A DNA stretch of 64,000 bases from an uncultured Lachnospiraceae bacterium (GTDB taxonomy: Bacteria; Bacillota; Clostridia; Lachnospirales; Lachnospiraceae). Below, piece by piece: positions 13,678-23,308 of the stretch. The stretch is from assembly GCA_946531495.1 (NCBI GenBank), contig CAMNAQ010000002.1, positions 4,280 to 68,279 on the forward strand. The letters are read 5' to 3'. The notes under the pieces were generated by a model, which was not told the origin of the DNA, did not search any database, and saw only the letters and a list, made by a program, of their open reading frames with translations. The translations under genes and the position numbers were made by a program. Within the stretch, counting starts at the first letter, position 1, and each line of letters begins with the position of its first letter.

Positions 13678-14394
13678 ATGAGAGATTATAAAAGACTTAT
13701 TTCCTATCTTGAACAATATAATATTTCATTAAGTGATGAACTGATTTCGAGACTTGATACTTATTATGATATGATGATCGAAACAAATAAGTATCTTAAT
13801 CTGACTGCCATTACCGAATTTGATGAAGTTCTTATCAAGCATTATATTGATTCGGTTTCAATCATCAGGGATATTGATCTGACAAAGGATTTATCGGTCA
13901 TTGATGTAGGTACCGGTGCAGGTTTTCCCGGAATGGTTTTAAAGATAGTATTTCCATCCATTAAGTTGACATTGTTTGATTCACTTCAAAAGAGACTTAA
14001 TTTTCTGAATGATGTCATTGACTCTCTCAGACTTGATGGTATTGCTACATGTCACGGAAGAGCAGAGGAAGCAGGGCATCTTCCTGATATGAGAGAAAAG
14101 TATGATCTTTGTGTATCACGTGCTGTTGCCAATCTTCCTGTTTTAAGTGAGCTTTGCCTTCCTTTTGTAAAGGTCGGTGGAAAGTTTATTTCCTATAAAT
14201 CCGATAAGGGCAGCGATGAACTGGCTTTATCCAAACATGCTTTGGATATTCTTGGGGGAGAGGCAGTAAAAGAGGACATATTTACTCTCGATGGAAATGA
14301 TATGGTTAGAAATCTTATCATTATTGATAAGATCAGGGAATGTCCGAAGTCTTATCCCAGAAAACCCGGAACTCCTTCAAAAAAACCTCTGTAG
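13678..14394 (+). CDS. rsmG: 16S rRNA G527 methyltransferase RsmG (GidB)
   Basis: NLTAI, DVGTGAGFPG, SRAVA, YPRKPG. Confidence 0.96.
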   Translation: MRDYKRLISYLEQYNISLSDELISRLDTYYDMMIETNKYLNLTAITEFDEVLIKHYIDSVSIIRDIDLTKDLSVIDVGTGAGFPGMVLKIVFPSIKLTLFDSLQKRLNFLNDVIDSLRLDGIATCHGRAEEAGHLPDMREKYDLCVSRAVANLPVLSELCLPFVKVGGKFISYKSDKGSDELALSKHALDILGGEAVKEDIFTLDGNDMVRNLIIIDKIRECPKSYPRKPGTPSKKPL

Positions 14395-14430
14395 TGATTT
14401 AGTGCTTTATCTTGATCTGATATACTATTC

Positions 14431-14581
14431 TTTTTCACGTGAAAATCTTTTTTGTGATTTATATTCTACATAACACCAAATATAGGATCATTGGGTTTTG
14501 GTTTTTTATTGAAACACAAAAATATAATGTTTCACGTGAAACATTTTCAATATTTAGGGGTTAGATGTTTCACGTGAAACA
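14431..14581. promoter_or_regulatory. parS cluster (three sites)
   Basis: Perfect TGTTTCACGTGAAACA at 14528-14543 and 14566-14581; degenerate TTTTTCACGTGAAAAT at 14431-14446. Confidence 0.9.
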
Positions 14582-14704
14582 AATGATTGTAGTTTTTAAA
14601 AAATAGTTTCACGGTTGCCAAAATATAAACCACTATATATAGCTAATGAACCAAATTCATAATATAAAGCATGAAATATAAACGGAAGTCAGGAAGGATA
14701 AGCA

Positions 14705-15289
14705 ATGGTATATATATTCGGGAAGACCATGGGTGTTAATACTTTTGTCGGAATAGTATTGGTGATATTCGGCTGTTTACATATTCTGTTAACTTATGGA
14801 GCATATATTGAGAGCCATAAAAAGAACAGACATGTCTCAGGCTTTCCATTAGTCGGCGCCATCCTGATATTGGCAGGCGGATTGATATCTGGTATAAAGC
14901 CGCTGATGATCCTCTGTCTGGCAGATCCGGGTCTTTGGGGATTTATATATTCATTTGTCATGGAGTACAGGTACAACAAAAGGATGTATGGATATATAGA
15001 AGCTAACGGATATTCTCCAGATGATCGATATGATGGGGACAGAAAGATAAAGGTTGATCTGGATGGGCAAGAGATGGAATTGTCCTACATGATAAACAAT
15101 CCATATACATTGAACAATACGAGAATAATGTTTGCCATTATCTTCGATGAGAATGGAAAAAGATATGTTCTATTAGACAGGAAAAAGGACGGCCTTGACA
15201 AGATCCTTTTTTCGGAAGACAGGATAGAGATAGAGGAGCCGTGTCCCGGGAGAAGAATCAAAAAGCTGATAATAGAAATCCTGCCGTGA
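14705..15289 (+). CDS. Hypothetical membrane protein
   Basis: 194 aa ORF, AAGGA RBS, about 3 hydrophobic N-terminal segments; no family recognised. Confidence 0.7.
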   Translation: MVYIFGKTMGVNTFVGIVLVIFGCLHILLTYGAYIESHKKNRHVSGFPLVGAILILAGGLISGIKPLMILCLADPGLWGFIYSFVMEYRYNKRMYGYIEANGYSPDDRYDGDRKIKVDLDGQEMELSYMINNPYTLNNTRIMFAIIFDENGKRYVLLDRKKDGLDKILFSEDRIEIEEPCPGRRIKKLIIEILP

Positions 15290-15375
15290 GGTAAGGATCA
15301 TAAGCGATGAACGATCGTTGACCGATCAAGGGATAACATTGAGATAAAATATATTTATATATGGCGGTTGAATTA

Positions 15376-15391
15376 TTTTTCACGTGGAACA
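15376..15391. promoter_or_regulatory. parS site upstream of parA
   Basis: TTTTTCACGTGGAACA, just upstream of a TGATATAAT extended -10. Confidence 0.75.
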
Positions 15392-15435
15392 ATTCGTGAT
15401 ATAATAACCACTGTTGATCTCGAAAAGGGGTATTT

Positions 15436-16206
15436 ATGAATAGAATCTATGCAATAGCAAATCAAAAAGGCGGAGTCGGTAAGACCTGTACCACAGTAAA
15501 CCTTGCTGCATGTCTTGGAGAATTGGGAAAGAAAGTCCTTGTTGTGGACATGGATCCCCAGGGGAATTCTTCAAGCAGCTTCGGCGTCAATAAAAATGAG
15601 GTTGAAAATACCATATATGAGGTGATGCTGGAAGAATGCACATTGGGAGAAGCCATAGTAAAGGATGTGGCACAGAATGTATCACTTGTTCCCGCCAATG
15701 TTAATCTCGGTGCTGTTGAGATAGAGATGGCCGGACGGGACAAGGCACATCTCATCCTTAGAAAAGAACTTGATTTTGTTAAGGATGAATATGACTATAT
15801 CTTCATCGACTGTCCTCCTGCCATCAGCCTTATGACAGTAAACTCAATGGCAGCTGCCAGCGGAGTGATAGTTCCGGTACAATGTGAGTATCTTGCACTG
15901 GAAGGATTGGGACAGGTAATTGAAACGATCAATCTTGTAAGGAGCAGAATGAATCCTGAACTTGATCTTTCGGGAATACTTTTTACAATGTACGATTCAA
16001 GAACAGTCCTTTCAAATGATGTAGTCGACAGTGTCAGAAATACCGTCAAATATCATACATTTGAAACTAAGATCCCGAGAAATGTAAGATTGTCAGAAGC
16101 TCCTTCTTATGAGGTTCCGATCACTGTATATGATCCCAAATGTGCAGGATGTGAAGCTTACAGAAAGCTTGCTCTTGAAGTAGAGGAATTATACGGAAAT
16201 AAATAA
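15436..16206 (+). CDS. parA: ParA/Soj ATPase
   Basis: NQKGGVGKT, DMDPQGN, IDCPP, IPRNVRLSEAPS. Confidence 0.96.
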   Translation: MNRIYAIANQKGGVGKTCTTVNLAACLGELGKKVLVVDMDPQGNSSSSFGVNKNEVENTIYEVMLEECTLGEAIVKDVAQNVSLVPANVNLGAVEIEMAGRDKAHLILRKELDFVKDEYDYIFIDCPPAISLMTVNSMAAASGVIVPVQCEYLALEGLGQVIETINLVRSRMNPELDLSGILFTMYDSRTVLSNDVVDSVRNTVKYHTFETKIPRNVRLSEAPSYEVPITVYDPKCAGCEAYRKLALEVEELYGNK

Positions 16207-16238
16207 TAACAAAACGTGCGTTATTAAATAAACGGAGG

Positions 16239-17186
16239 ATGTATATGGGGTTAAATAAGGGAAACGACGGAAAAGGACCTGCTAAGAAGTCCGGAGGAAG
16301 AGGACTCGGTAAAGGTATAGACGCTCTGATCCCCAATGTTGTCGGTAAGGATACCGCGGAGGAGAATAACAAAGCAGCCAAGGAACAGGCAAAGACCGGA
16401 GTTAATGACGGAAGGACCATAGTCAGCATTAATAAGGTTGAGCCTAACAGGAAACAGCCTAGAAAGAAATTCGATGAGGATGCACTTCAGGAGTTATCCG
16501 ATTCCATCAAGATCCACGGACTGATCCAGCCCATACTTGTTCAGGACAGAGGCGATCATTATGAGATCATTGCCGGTGAAAGAAGATGGAGAGCTTCTAA
16601 ACTCGCAGGGCTTAAGGAAGTTCCTGTTATCATAGGCGATTATTCCGATAAAGAGATCCTCGAGATTTCTATCATAGAAAATACACAGAGAGCAGATCTA
16701 AATCCCATAGAAGAAGCAATGGGTTATAAGAGACTTGTTGATGAGTTCGATTATACCCAGGACGATATTGCCGAAAGGATATCAAAGAGCAGATCTGCCA
16801 TAACCAATTCAATAAGACTTCTGAAGCTGTCCGATAAAGTACAGGAAATGCTCATAGAGGATCTGATCAGTGCGGGACACGGAAGAGCTCTTCTTGCCAT
16901 CGAAGATAAAAATATGCAGGAGGAGGTTGCGCAGAGGATCGTTGATGAAAAGCTGAATGTCCGTGATGTTGAAAAGCTGGTCAATTCGCTTAAGAAGCCA
17001 GCCAAGTCCAGACCTGTCACGGATGAAGCACTTAAGGTTTTCTATCATGATATGGAAGAATCCCTTAAGATGGCCGTAGGTACCAAGGTTTCAATAACCG
17101 GAAAAGGAAAAGGTGCCGGAACCGTCACGATAGAGTTTTACAATAATGAAGACCTGGACCGTATAGCTGCCAAGCTCAGGAGCTGA
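16239..17186 (+). CDS. parB: ParB/Spo0J chromosome partitioning protein
   Basis: GLGKGIDALI, QPRKKF, IIAGERRWRA, ENTQR, HTH SRSAITNSIRLL. Confidence 0.96.
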   Translation: MYMGLNKGNDGKGPAKKSGGRGLGKGIDALIPNVVGKDTAEENNKAAKEQAKTGVNDGRTIVSINKVEPNRKQPRKKFDEDALQELSDSIKIHGLIQPILVQDRGDHYEIIAGERRWRASKLAGLKEVPVIIGDYSDKEILEISIIENTQRADLNPIEEAMGYKRLVDEFDYTQDDIAERISKSRSAITNSIRLLKLSDKVQEMLIEDLISAGHGRALLAIEDKNMQEEVAQRIVDEKLNVRDVEKLVNSLKKPAKSRPVTDEALKVFYHDMEESLKMAVGTKVSITGKGKGAGTVTIEFYNNEDLDRIAAKLRS

Positions 17187-17213
17187 AAAAATAATTAAAC
17201 CGGAGTTGATACT

Positions 17214-17693
17214 TTGCAGAACAATATTTTATTAATACTTCTGATCATAAGTCTTTTAGCGATCGTGATCCTTTTTATCATGAACCTGAGCGGAATGAGA
17301 AAGCTCGCTAAGCTGAACAAAAGACTGGATGATCTTACATCAGGCAAGGGCGGAGAGAGCCTTGAAGAAGAACTTGATCAGATCATTGAAGATAACAAAA
17401 GACTTCTGAAGGATTCGGAACAGAATTCTGAAGATATAGAGAAGATCTTCAAAAGACTCAAGAAGGTATACCAGAAAATGGCTATCGTAAGATATGATGC
17501 TTATGAACAGCTTGGCGGCGAGATGAGTGCCGTGGTAGTACTTCTTGATGAGAACGATAACGGTGTCCTTCTCAATAATGTTTATTCCACGGAAGGCGGG
17601 TATGTCTACACCAGGGAGATAGAGAAGGGTAAGTGTAAGCATGAGCTCGGAGAAGAGGAAAGGCATGCTCTTTCAAAAGCTCTTAACAGATAA
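17214..17693 (+). CDS. DUF4446-like membrane-anchored protein
   Basis: N-terminal TM, QKMAIVRYDAY...LLDENDNGVLL; this family is usually found after parB in Clostridia. Confidence 0.7.
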   Translation: MQNNILLILLIISLLAIVILFIMNLSGMRKLAKLNKRLDDLTSGKGGESLEEELDQIIEDNKRLLKDSEQNSEDIEKIFKRLKKVYQKMAIVRYDAYEQLGGEMSAVVVLLDENDNGVLLNNVYSTEGGYVYTREIEKGKCKHELGEEERHALSKALNR

Positions 17694-17740
17694 CAAAGAT
17701 TGATCATTCAAAACGAAAAAAAAATATAAGAGGTAATGAA

Positions 17741-19069
17741 ATGATTGATATTAAGCTCATAAGAGAAAATCCAGATCTTGTTAAGGAAAACATCAAAAAG
17801 AAATTCCAGGATGAAAAGCTTGCTCTTGTAGACGAGGTAAAGGATCTTGATGATCAGGTCCGTAAGGCAAAGCAGGAAGGTGATGCCCTTAGATCAAAGA
17901 GAAATACCATCTCCAAAGAGATCGGCGGTCTTATGGGAAGGATGAAGAAGGCCGAAGGTTCGGGAGATGCCGCTGAAGCTGAAAAGCTCAAGGCAGAAGT
18001 TGATTCCAAAAAAGCAGAGGTCGAAGCAGGATCCAAGAGACTTGAAGAGCTTGAAAAGCTTGAAGAAGAGCTTGGTGAGAAGATCACAAAGATCATGATG
18101 GTCATTCCCAATATCATTGATGAGTCCGTTCCTATCGGAAAAGACGACAGTGAGAATGTAGAGAATGAAAAATTCGGAGAGCCTGTAGTACCTTCCTTTG
18201 AAGTACCTTATCATGCAGATATTCTTGAAAGGATCGGAGGACTGGATAAGGATGCAGCCGGACGTACAAGTGGTAACGGATTTTATTATCTTGTGGGAGA
18301 TGCGGCAAGACTGCATTCCGCAATGCTTTCCTTTGCAAGGGATTTCATGATCGATAAGGGATTTACATATTGCATCCCGCCCTTCATGATCAGGAGCAGT
18401 GTTGTTAACGGCGTTATGAGCTTCAAGGAAATGGAAGCCATGATGTATAAGATCGAGGGAGAGGATCTCTATCTCATCGGAACCAGTGAGCATTCCATGA
18501 TCGGAAGATTCCAGGGACAGCTCATAGACGAAGACAAGCTTCCCCAGTGCCTTACATCCTATTCACCCTGCTTCAGAAAGGAAGTAGGATCTCACGGTAT
18601 TGAGGAAAGAGGAGTATACAGAGTTCACCAGTTTGAAAAGCAGGAGATGGTTGTTCTCTGCAAGCCCGAAGAATCAATGGAATGGTATAACAAGATGTGG
18701 AAATTCACCGTTGATTTCTTCAGAGCACTTGATGTTCCCGTAAGAACTCTGGAGTGCTGCAGCGGTGACCTTGCAGATCTTAAGGTCAAGTCCTGTGACG
18801 TAGAAGCATGGAGCCCCAGACAGAAGAAGTATTTTGAGGTAGGTTCCTGCTCTACACTCGGTGATGCACAGGCAAGAAGACTCGGTATCCGTACCAAGGG
18901 TGAAAAGGGAACATATCTCGTACATACACTTAACAATACCGTACTTGCTACTCCCAGAGGACTCATTGCAGTCCTTGAAAATAATGTTAATGAAGACGGA
19001 AGTATCCGCATACCCAAGGCACTTCAGCCTTACATGGGCGGAAAGACCGTTATCGAACCGAAGAAATGA
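17741..19069 (+). CDS. serS: Serine--tRNA ligase
   Basis: MIDIKLIR, LIGTSE, CFRKEVG, GVYRVHQFEKQE, HTLNNT. Confidence 0.96.
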   Translation: MIDIKLIRENPDLVKENIKKKFQDEKLALVDEVKDLDDQVRKAKQEGDALRSKRNTISKEIGGLMGRMKKAEGSGDAAEAEKLKAEVDSKKAEVEAGSKRLEELEKLEEELGEKITKIMMVIPNIIDESVPIGKDDSENVENEKFGEPVVPSFEVPYHADILERIGGLDKDAAGRTSGNGFYYLVGDAARLHSAMLSFARDFMIDKGFTYCIPPFMIRSSVVNGVMSFKEMEAMMYKIEGEDLYLIGTSEHSMIGRFQGQLIDEDKLPQCLTSYSPCFRKEVGSHGIEERGVYRVHQFEKQEMVVLCKPEESMEWYNKMWKFTVDFFRALDVPVRTLECCSGDLADLKVKSCDVEAWSPRQKKYFEVGSCSTLGDAQARRLGIRTKGEKGTYLVHTLNNTVLATPRGLIAVLENNVNEDGSIRIPKALQPYMGGKTVIEPKK

Positions 19070-19113
19070 CCTGATAACCCTGCCTCCGGACAGGGGCAGG
19101 GGGATATTTACTG

Positions 19114-20016
19114 ATGCATAAGTTTTTAAGAGCAGTTGGATTTAGTCAAGTAAACAGAGAAGAGATCAAGGACCTGGTGCTTCAGAGCGTTAAGAAAAAC
19201 GATTCAAGAGGCTACACCATGTCTCTTGATGATGTCATGCTCGCTGAATTTTCCAGAGATGTGGGTGAAAATATAGGTATTACCGCTGCCGGAACCTTCA
19301 GTGAGGATGATCTTTTTCACACCGATTATTATTTTCCGTACCTTAAAGGAACCGGCATAACCTCAACAGAGGATGTTTCCGTCGAAAGACATGCGGCCAG
19401 AGATTCATATGCAGGAATATGCGATGATGTAAGGCTTGGAATGTCCCTGATCTTTTTTGTTCAGAATAAGATCCCATATATCAGCGCACAGGTTTCCGGA
19501 AAGCTTCCGATCAAGGGAACGACCCTTACTCTTTCGGGCCTTTCGATCAAGGGCATGGTGATACTTCCTTCTGAAAATGTCAGCAGCTCCAAGGATCCGG
19601 ACGAGGATGCATCAAGAGTTGAGAGGATCCGCCTTATGCAGAAGGCACGCGGCGGAGACGAGGAAGCCATCGAGGAACTGACCATGAAGGATATGGATCT
19701 GTTCAGTGAGGTTTCCAGAAGGGTCGCAAGAGAGGATCTTTACAGCATAGTCTATACAAGCCTGATGCCCTATGGTGTTGAATGCGATCAGTATAATATC
19801 ATCGGAGAGATCATCAAAGTCCGCAGGATACTGAACAATATTTCAAAAGAGGAAGTTTATATCCTGACTTTATATGTTAATGATTTGACATTTGACGTTG
19901 CCATCAATATAATGGATTTGCTCGGTGAGCCGAAGCCGGGCAGAAGATTCAAAGGTATCGTCTGGCTCCAGGGAAGGATCAATTATCCGGTGGATGATGA
20001 CGATGCAGTCGGTTGA
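19114..20016 (+). CDS. DUF3881-like protein
   Basis: MHKFLRAVGF...PYGVECDQY...GEPKPGRRFKGIVWLQG pattern, recalled as the Lachnospiraceae DUF3881 family. Confidence 0.75.
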   Translation: MHKFLRAVGFSQVNREEIKDLVLQSVKKNDSRGYTMSLDDVMLAEFSRDVGENIGITAAGTFSEDDLFHTDYYFPYLKGTGITSTEDVSVERHAARDSYAGICDDVRLGMSLIFFVQNKIPYISAQVSGKLPIKGTTLTLSGLSIKGMVILPSENVSSSKDPDEDASRVERIRLMQKARGGDEEAIEELTMKDMDLFSEVSRRVAREDLYSIVYTSLMPYGVECDQYNIIGEIIKVRRILNNISKEEVYILTLYVNDLTFDVAINIMDLLGEPKPGRRFKGIVWLQGRINYPVDDDDAVG

Positions 20017-20017
20017 T

Positions 20018-20091
20018 GTTTCTGTAGCTCAGCAGGATAGAGCGTTCGCCTCCTAAGCGAAAGGTCGGCGGTTCGAATCCGCCCAGGAACG
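20018..20091 (+). tRNA. tRNA-Arg(CCT)
   Basis: Acceptor stem GTTTCTG/CAGGAAC, anticodon arm TTCGC-CTCCTAA-GCGAA, T-loop GTTCGAATC; CCA not encoded. Confidence 0.95.
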
Positions 20092-20093
20092 TG

Positions 20094-20128
20094 AAAGCGA
20101 TATCTGTAACAGGATATCGCTTTTTTTT
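20094..20128 (+). terminator. Intrinsic terminator after tRNA-Arg
   Basis: AAAGCGATATC...GATATCGCTTTTTTTT. Confidence 0.85.
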
Positions 20129-20206
20129 CGGAAACAAATGAGATAAATGCTATAATAGCAGGGATGATTGAAAGAGGCTGTTTGCAGCTTGCAGAGGTTT
20201 ATTTTG

Positions 20207-20677
20207 ATGAAGGATAAGATTAAACTGTTAGGAATCGAATTCCTGTATATGCTGTCGGTATTGATCGTTTCGACAATTGCAAATCCCATTCAGTTTCTTG
20301 GGAAAAAAATGATAAGCATGGAATCCGAAGCGGCAGGCTTTGGTATAGATTACAACTATAACCCGGTTGCATATATTGCCGGAGCGCTGTTATTTGCAGG
20401 ATTTGCCGGCTTTACATATCATAAATGGTATAAACAATTTGCAGACCGGACTCTGAAATGCGGATGGAAGTTCACGGCTTTCTATATTCTGAACGCGCTG
20501 ATTTTATCCGGAGTGATGTTCTATGTCCTGCTTATTGAGGTGCTTATAATACTCGGATTTGATAATAACATTCTTCCCGAGCTTCTTCAGTTCATTACAG
20601 TATTCTGCTGGCCGGTATTATTCTTTATATTCATGATAGCTATAATGATCCCGCCCATCATAAAGAAAAAGAAATAA
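20207..20677 (+). CDS. Hypothetical membrane protein
   Basis: About 4 hydrophobic segments; GAGGT RBS before ATG 20207. Confidence 0.7.
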   Translation: MKDKIKLLGIEFLYMLSVLIVSTIANPIQFLGKKMISMESEAAGFGIDYNYNPVAYIAGALLFAGFAGFTYHKWYKQFADRTLKCGWKFTAFYILNALILSGVMFYVLLIEVLIILGFDNNILPELLQFITVFCWPVLFFIFMIAIMIPPIIKKKK

Positions 20678-20761
20678 AACCGTGCATAACTGCAGGACTT
20701 CTGAAGAGTTCGCAATTTATAATAAAGTATCGGAGTGCAGATGTTATAGGGGGAGACAGGG

Positions 20762-21301
20762 ATGCTGCTTACCGGGTATACAGAGACCTATGTTGATGAA
20801 AACGGAGTTACTCATACATATATATACAACGACTATACCGAGGGAGGACCTCCGCTTGATAAGAGTTCATGGGCCGTGCTGATCTTTGCCTTGGTGGTAA
20901 TATTTGGAATAGCGCTTTTTCATTATTACAAGGCATACAAAGTCGGTCTGATCAGGAAAGTATGTGTGGAGCAGATACCTGCACTGGTTGTAAGGATAGA
21001 TGCTTCAAGATCCGTGGATGATCACATCAGGTCCAGATATAAAAGATATAGCGCTACCTACAGGTATGACTATAACGGAAGGACATATTCCTGCAGACAC
21101 AGGCTGTGGGGAAGCAAAAGTGCGCTTGGAGATCTGAGAGAAGGCACTACCTCGATCATAAGCATCTGTCCCGGGCAGCCTGAGATCATATATGACCGTC
21201 TGGCTGAATCCGCAAGGTTATATTTTCTGACCACAGGTGTTATATCGACGATCGCGTTTGTCGTATACCTTCTTATGATCATATTCAGAGATTATTTATA
21301 A
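20762..21301 (+). CDS. DUF3592-like membrane protein
   Basis: TM - YRYDYNGRTY beta region - ICPGQPEII - TM layout. Confidence 0.6.
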   Translation: MLLTGYTETYVDENGVTHTYIYNDYTEGGPPLDKSSWAVLIFALVVIFGIALFHYYKAYKVGLIRKVCVEQIPALVVRIDASRSVDDHIRSRYKRYSATYRYDYNGRTYSCRHRLWGSKSALGDLREGTTSIISICPGQPEIIYDRLAESARLYFLTTGVISTIAFVVYLLMIIFRDYL

Positions 21302-21459
21302 GATTTTGCGAAATGGTTTTTAATAATTGCCAAAAGAAAACAGTTTCTACACAACGGGACCTTTAAGTGATAGTATGTTTTTATAAGGACCGGAGGCAGT
21401 CTCCGGAAACGGATGTTTTTTGGGAATCACAAAACGGATAATTAATGGAGGGTAATGTC

Positions 21460-22095
21460 ATGCAGTTTATTTCAGTTCACAGCGAAGAATTCAAGAGATA
21501 CGGACATGTTCTTACAGGATATGATGTAGCACCTCTTCTTGATGCAATGGAGAAGATCGAGCTTCCCGCAGACGGAGTGGCTTATGAGCCCGCTATCGAC
21601 AGCCTCGAGGCTTGTAAGGATCTTTATAACGATTTCACAGACCGAGCTTATGGCGGAATGCCCATCCAGATAGGAATGTGCTGGGGAAACAACACCAAGC
21701 TTAACTGCCTTGAGTATCACAGAGGATGCGAGCTCAACATCGGAACTTCCAAATTCGTCCTTCTTCTTGCAAAGATGGATGATATCGTAGATGGAAAGCT
21801 TGATACCTCCAAGGTTAAGGCGTTCGTTGCAGATAAGGGAGATGTTGTAGTCGTTTACGAAGATACCCTTCACTATGCACCCTGCAACGCAGAGGGAGAG
21901 TCCAACTTCCGTGTATGCGTTGTTCTTCCCAAAAACACCAATACCGATAAGCCCGCTCTTAAGGAGGGCAATGACGAGGATAAGCTCCTCTGGGCACGCA
22001 ATAAGTGGCTCATCGCTCACGCAGATGCAAGCGAAGCTGCGGCAGGTGCTTATGTTGGACTTGTAGGAAAGAATATCGATATTGCAGTAGACTGA
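21460..22095 (+). CDS. DUF4867 family (ureidoglycolate-lyase-like cupin) protein
   Basis: YGGMPIQIG.CWG.N.KLNCLEYHR, TLHYAPC, LWARNKWLIAH. Confidence 0.8.
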   Translation: MQFISVHSEEFKRYGHVLTGYDVAPLLDAMEKIELPADGVAYEPAIDSLEACKDLYNDFTDRAYGGMPIQIGMCWGNNTKLNCLEYHRGCELNIGTSKFVLLLAKMDDIVDGKLDTSKVKAFVADKGDVVVVYEDTLHYAPCNAEGESNFRVCVVLPKNTNTDKPALKEGNDEDKLLWARNKWLIAHADASEAAAGAYVGLVGKNIDIAVD

Positions 22096-22170
22096 TATAA
22101 TGTATGGTGATCACAGGAACTGTTTCCACGTTCGACCTTGTTCACCGGCGTTCTCATCATTCAAAGTATT

Positions 22171-22197
22171 CAGCCCGGGTTTTACCCGGGCTGTTTT
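22171..22197 (+). terminator. Intrinsic terminator
   Basis: CAGCCCGGG-TTTTA-CCCGGGCTG-TTTT. Confidence 0.8.
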
Positions 22198-22250
22198 GAA
22201 ATTAACGGACATTGCCTGTCATAGCGTACATTCATAAGGAGGTGCGGGTT

Positions 22251-23054
22251 ATGCCGATCTTAGCGGGATATATGGTTCCTCATCCACCAATTGCGGTAAA
22301 GGAGATAGGACGTGGTGAGGAACTGAAGATACAGGATACTCTGGATTCGTTCGACGAGGTTGCCAGGGATATAGCTGCAATGAAGCCTGACACAATAATA
22401 CTTACTTCACCGCATTCCATAATGTATGGAGATTACTTTCACATATCCCCCGGAAGAAGAGCTGTGGGTGATTTCGGAAGATTCGGTGCACGTAACGTAA
22501 GGTTCGATATCGGATACGATGATGAACTGGCCGCGGATATCTGCAGTGTATGCGATGCTGAAGGGATCCCTGCAGGAACCCTGGGAGAAAGGGACCCTGC
22601 GCTTGATCACGGCACAACTGTTCCCATGTATTTTATCAATAAGAGATATACGGATTATAAGCTGGTAAGGATAGGACTTTCCGGACTTGACCTGAACACA
22701 CATTATGAATTCGGTAAAGCCATACGGAAGGCTGTAGACAGAACCGGAAGAAGGTGCGTGTTTGTTGCAAGCGGAGACCTGAGTCACTGCCAGAAGGAGG
22801 ACGGGCCTTACGGATTTTCACCCGAGGGACCTGTATATGATGAGAAGATCATGTCGGTGATGGGAGCAGGAGACTTTGGAGCGCTGACTTCATTTGATGA
22901 AGAACTTCTTGATAAGTCCATGGAATGCGGACACAGATCCTTTACCATAATGGGCGGTGCATTTGAAGGGATCAATGTGGAGACAACAGAACTGACTCAC
23001 GAGGCAACCTTCGGAGTGGGTTACGGGTTCTGCATTTATCATCCCTTGCCATGA
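22251..23054 (+). CDS. AmmeMemoRadiSam system protein B / LigB-like class III extradiol dioxygenase fold
   Basis: MVPHPP, TSPH, LDHG, ASGDLSH, ECG, FGVGY; adjacent to AMMECR1 and radical SAM genes. Confidence 0.85.
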   Translation: MPILAGYMVPHPPIAVKEIGRGEELKIQDTLDSFDEVARDIAAMKPDTIILTSPHSIMYGDYFHISPGRRAVGDFGRFGARNVRFDIGYDDELAADICSVCDAEGIPAGTLGERDPALDHGTTVPMYFINKRYTDYKLVRIGLSGLDLNTHYEFGKAIRKAVDRTGRRCVFVASGDLSHCQKEDGPYGFSPEGPVYDEKIMSVMGAGDFGALTSFDEELLDKSMECGHRSFTIMGGAFEGINVETTELTHEATFGVGYGFCIYHPLP

Positions 23055-23294
23055 AACAGGGGTGAAACAGGGGGACGGTTCTGCTGTTTCAAATAACGGG
23101 ATAATCTCAGTTTTGCATTGATTGGCACTCAAATAACGGGACAAACTCCACTTTGCTTTGATGGACGTTAAATAAGGGGACAAACTCCACTTTGCCTTGA
23201 AGGGCGCTTAAATAAAGGGACAGACTCCACTTCACTTTGATTGGCGCAGCGAACAATCGACTGAGTGAAACAGCGGAACCGTCCCCCTGTTTTA
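23052..23294. repeat. REP/REPIN-like element: terminal inverted repeats enclosing four ~40-bp tandem repeats
   Basis: TGAAACAGGGGGACGGTTCTGCTGTTTCA (23063-23091) inverted to TGAAACAGCGGAACCGTCCCCCTGTTTTA (23266-23294); internal units start at 23091, 23131, 23170, 23210. Confidence 0.85.
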
Positions 23295-23308
23295 AGGAGG
23301 TACAGCAT

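Noticed and set aside
17694-17740. T-box leader for serS
   Set aside because: Only 47 bp of intergenic space and no T-box consensus.
19078-19101. GC hairpin after serS as a terminator
   Set aside because: The stem is present but has no T-tract, and the next gene starts 12 bp later; not called.
23091-23249. Four ~40-bp repeats as a mini CRISPR array
   Set aside because: Units are contiguous and degenerate along their whole length, with no unique spacers, no leader and no cas genes in the window.
22890-23308. ORF 22890-23183(-) and the N-terminal extension of amrA containing ETAEPSPCF
   Set aside because: Both are translations of the inverted repeat; the true amrA start is ATG 23309 after AAGGAGG.
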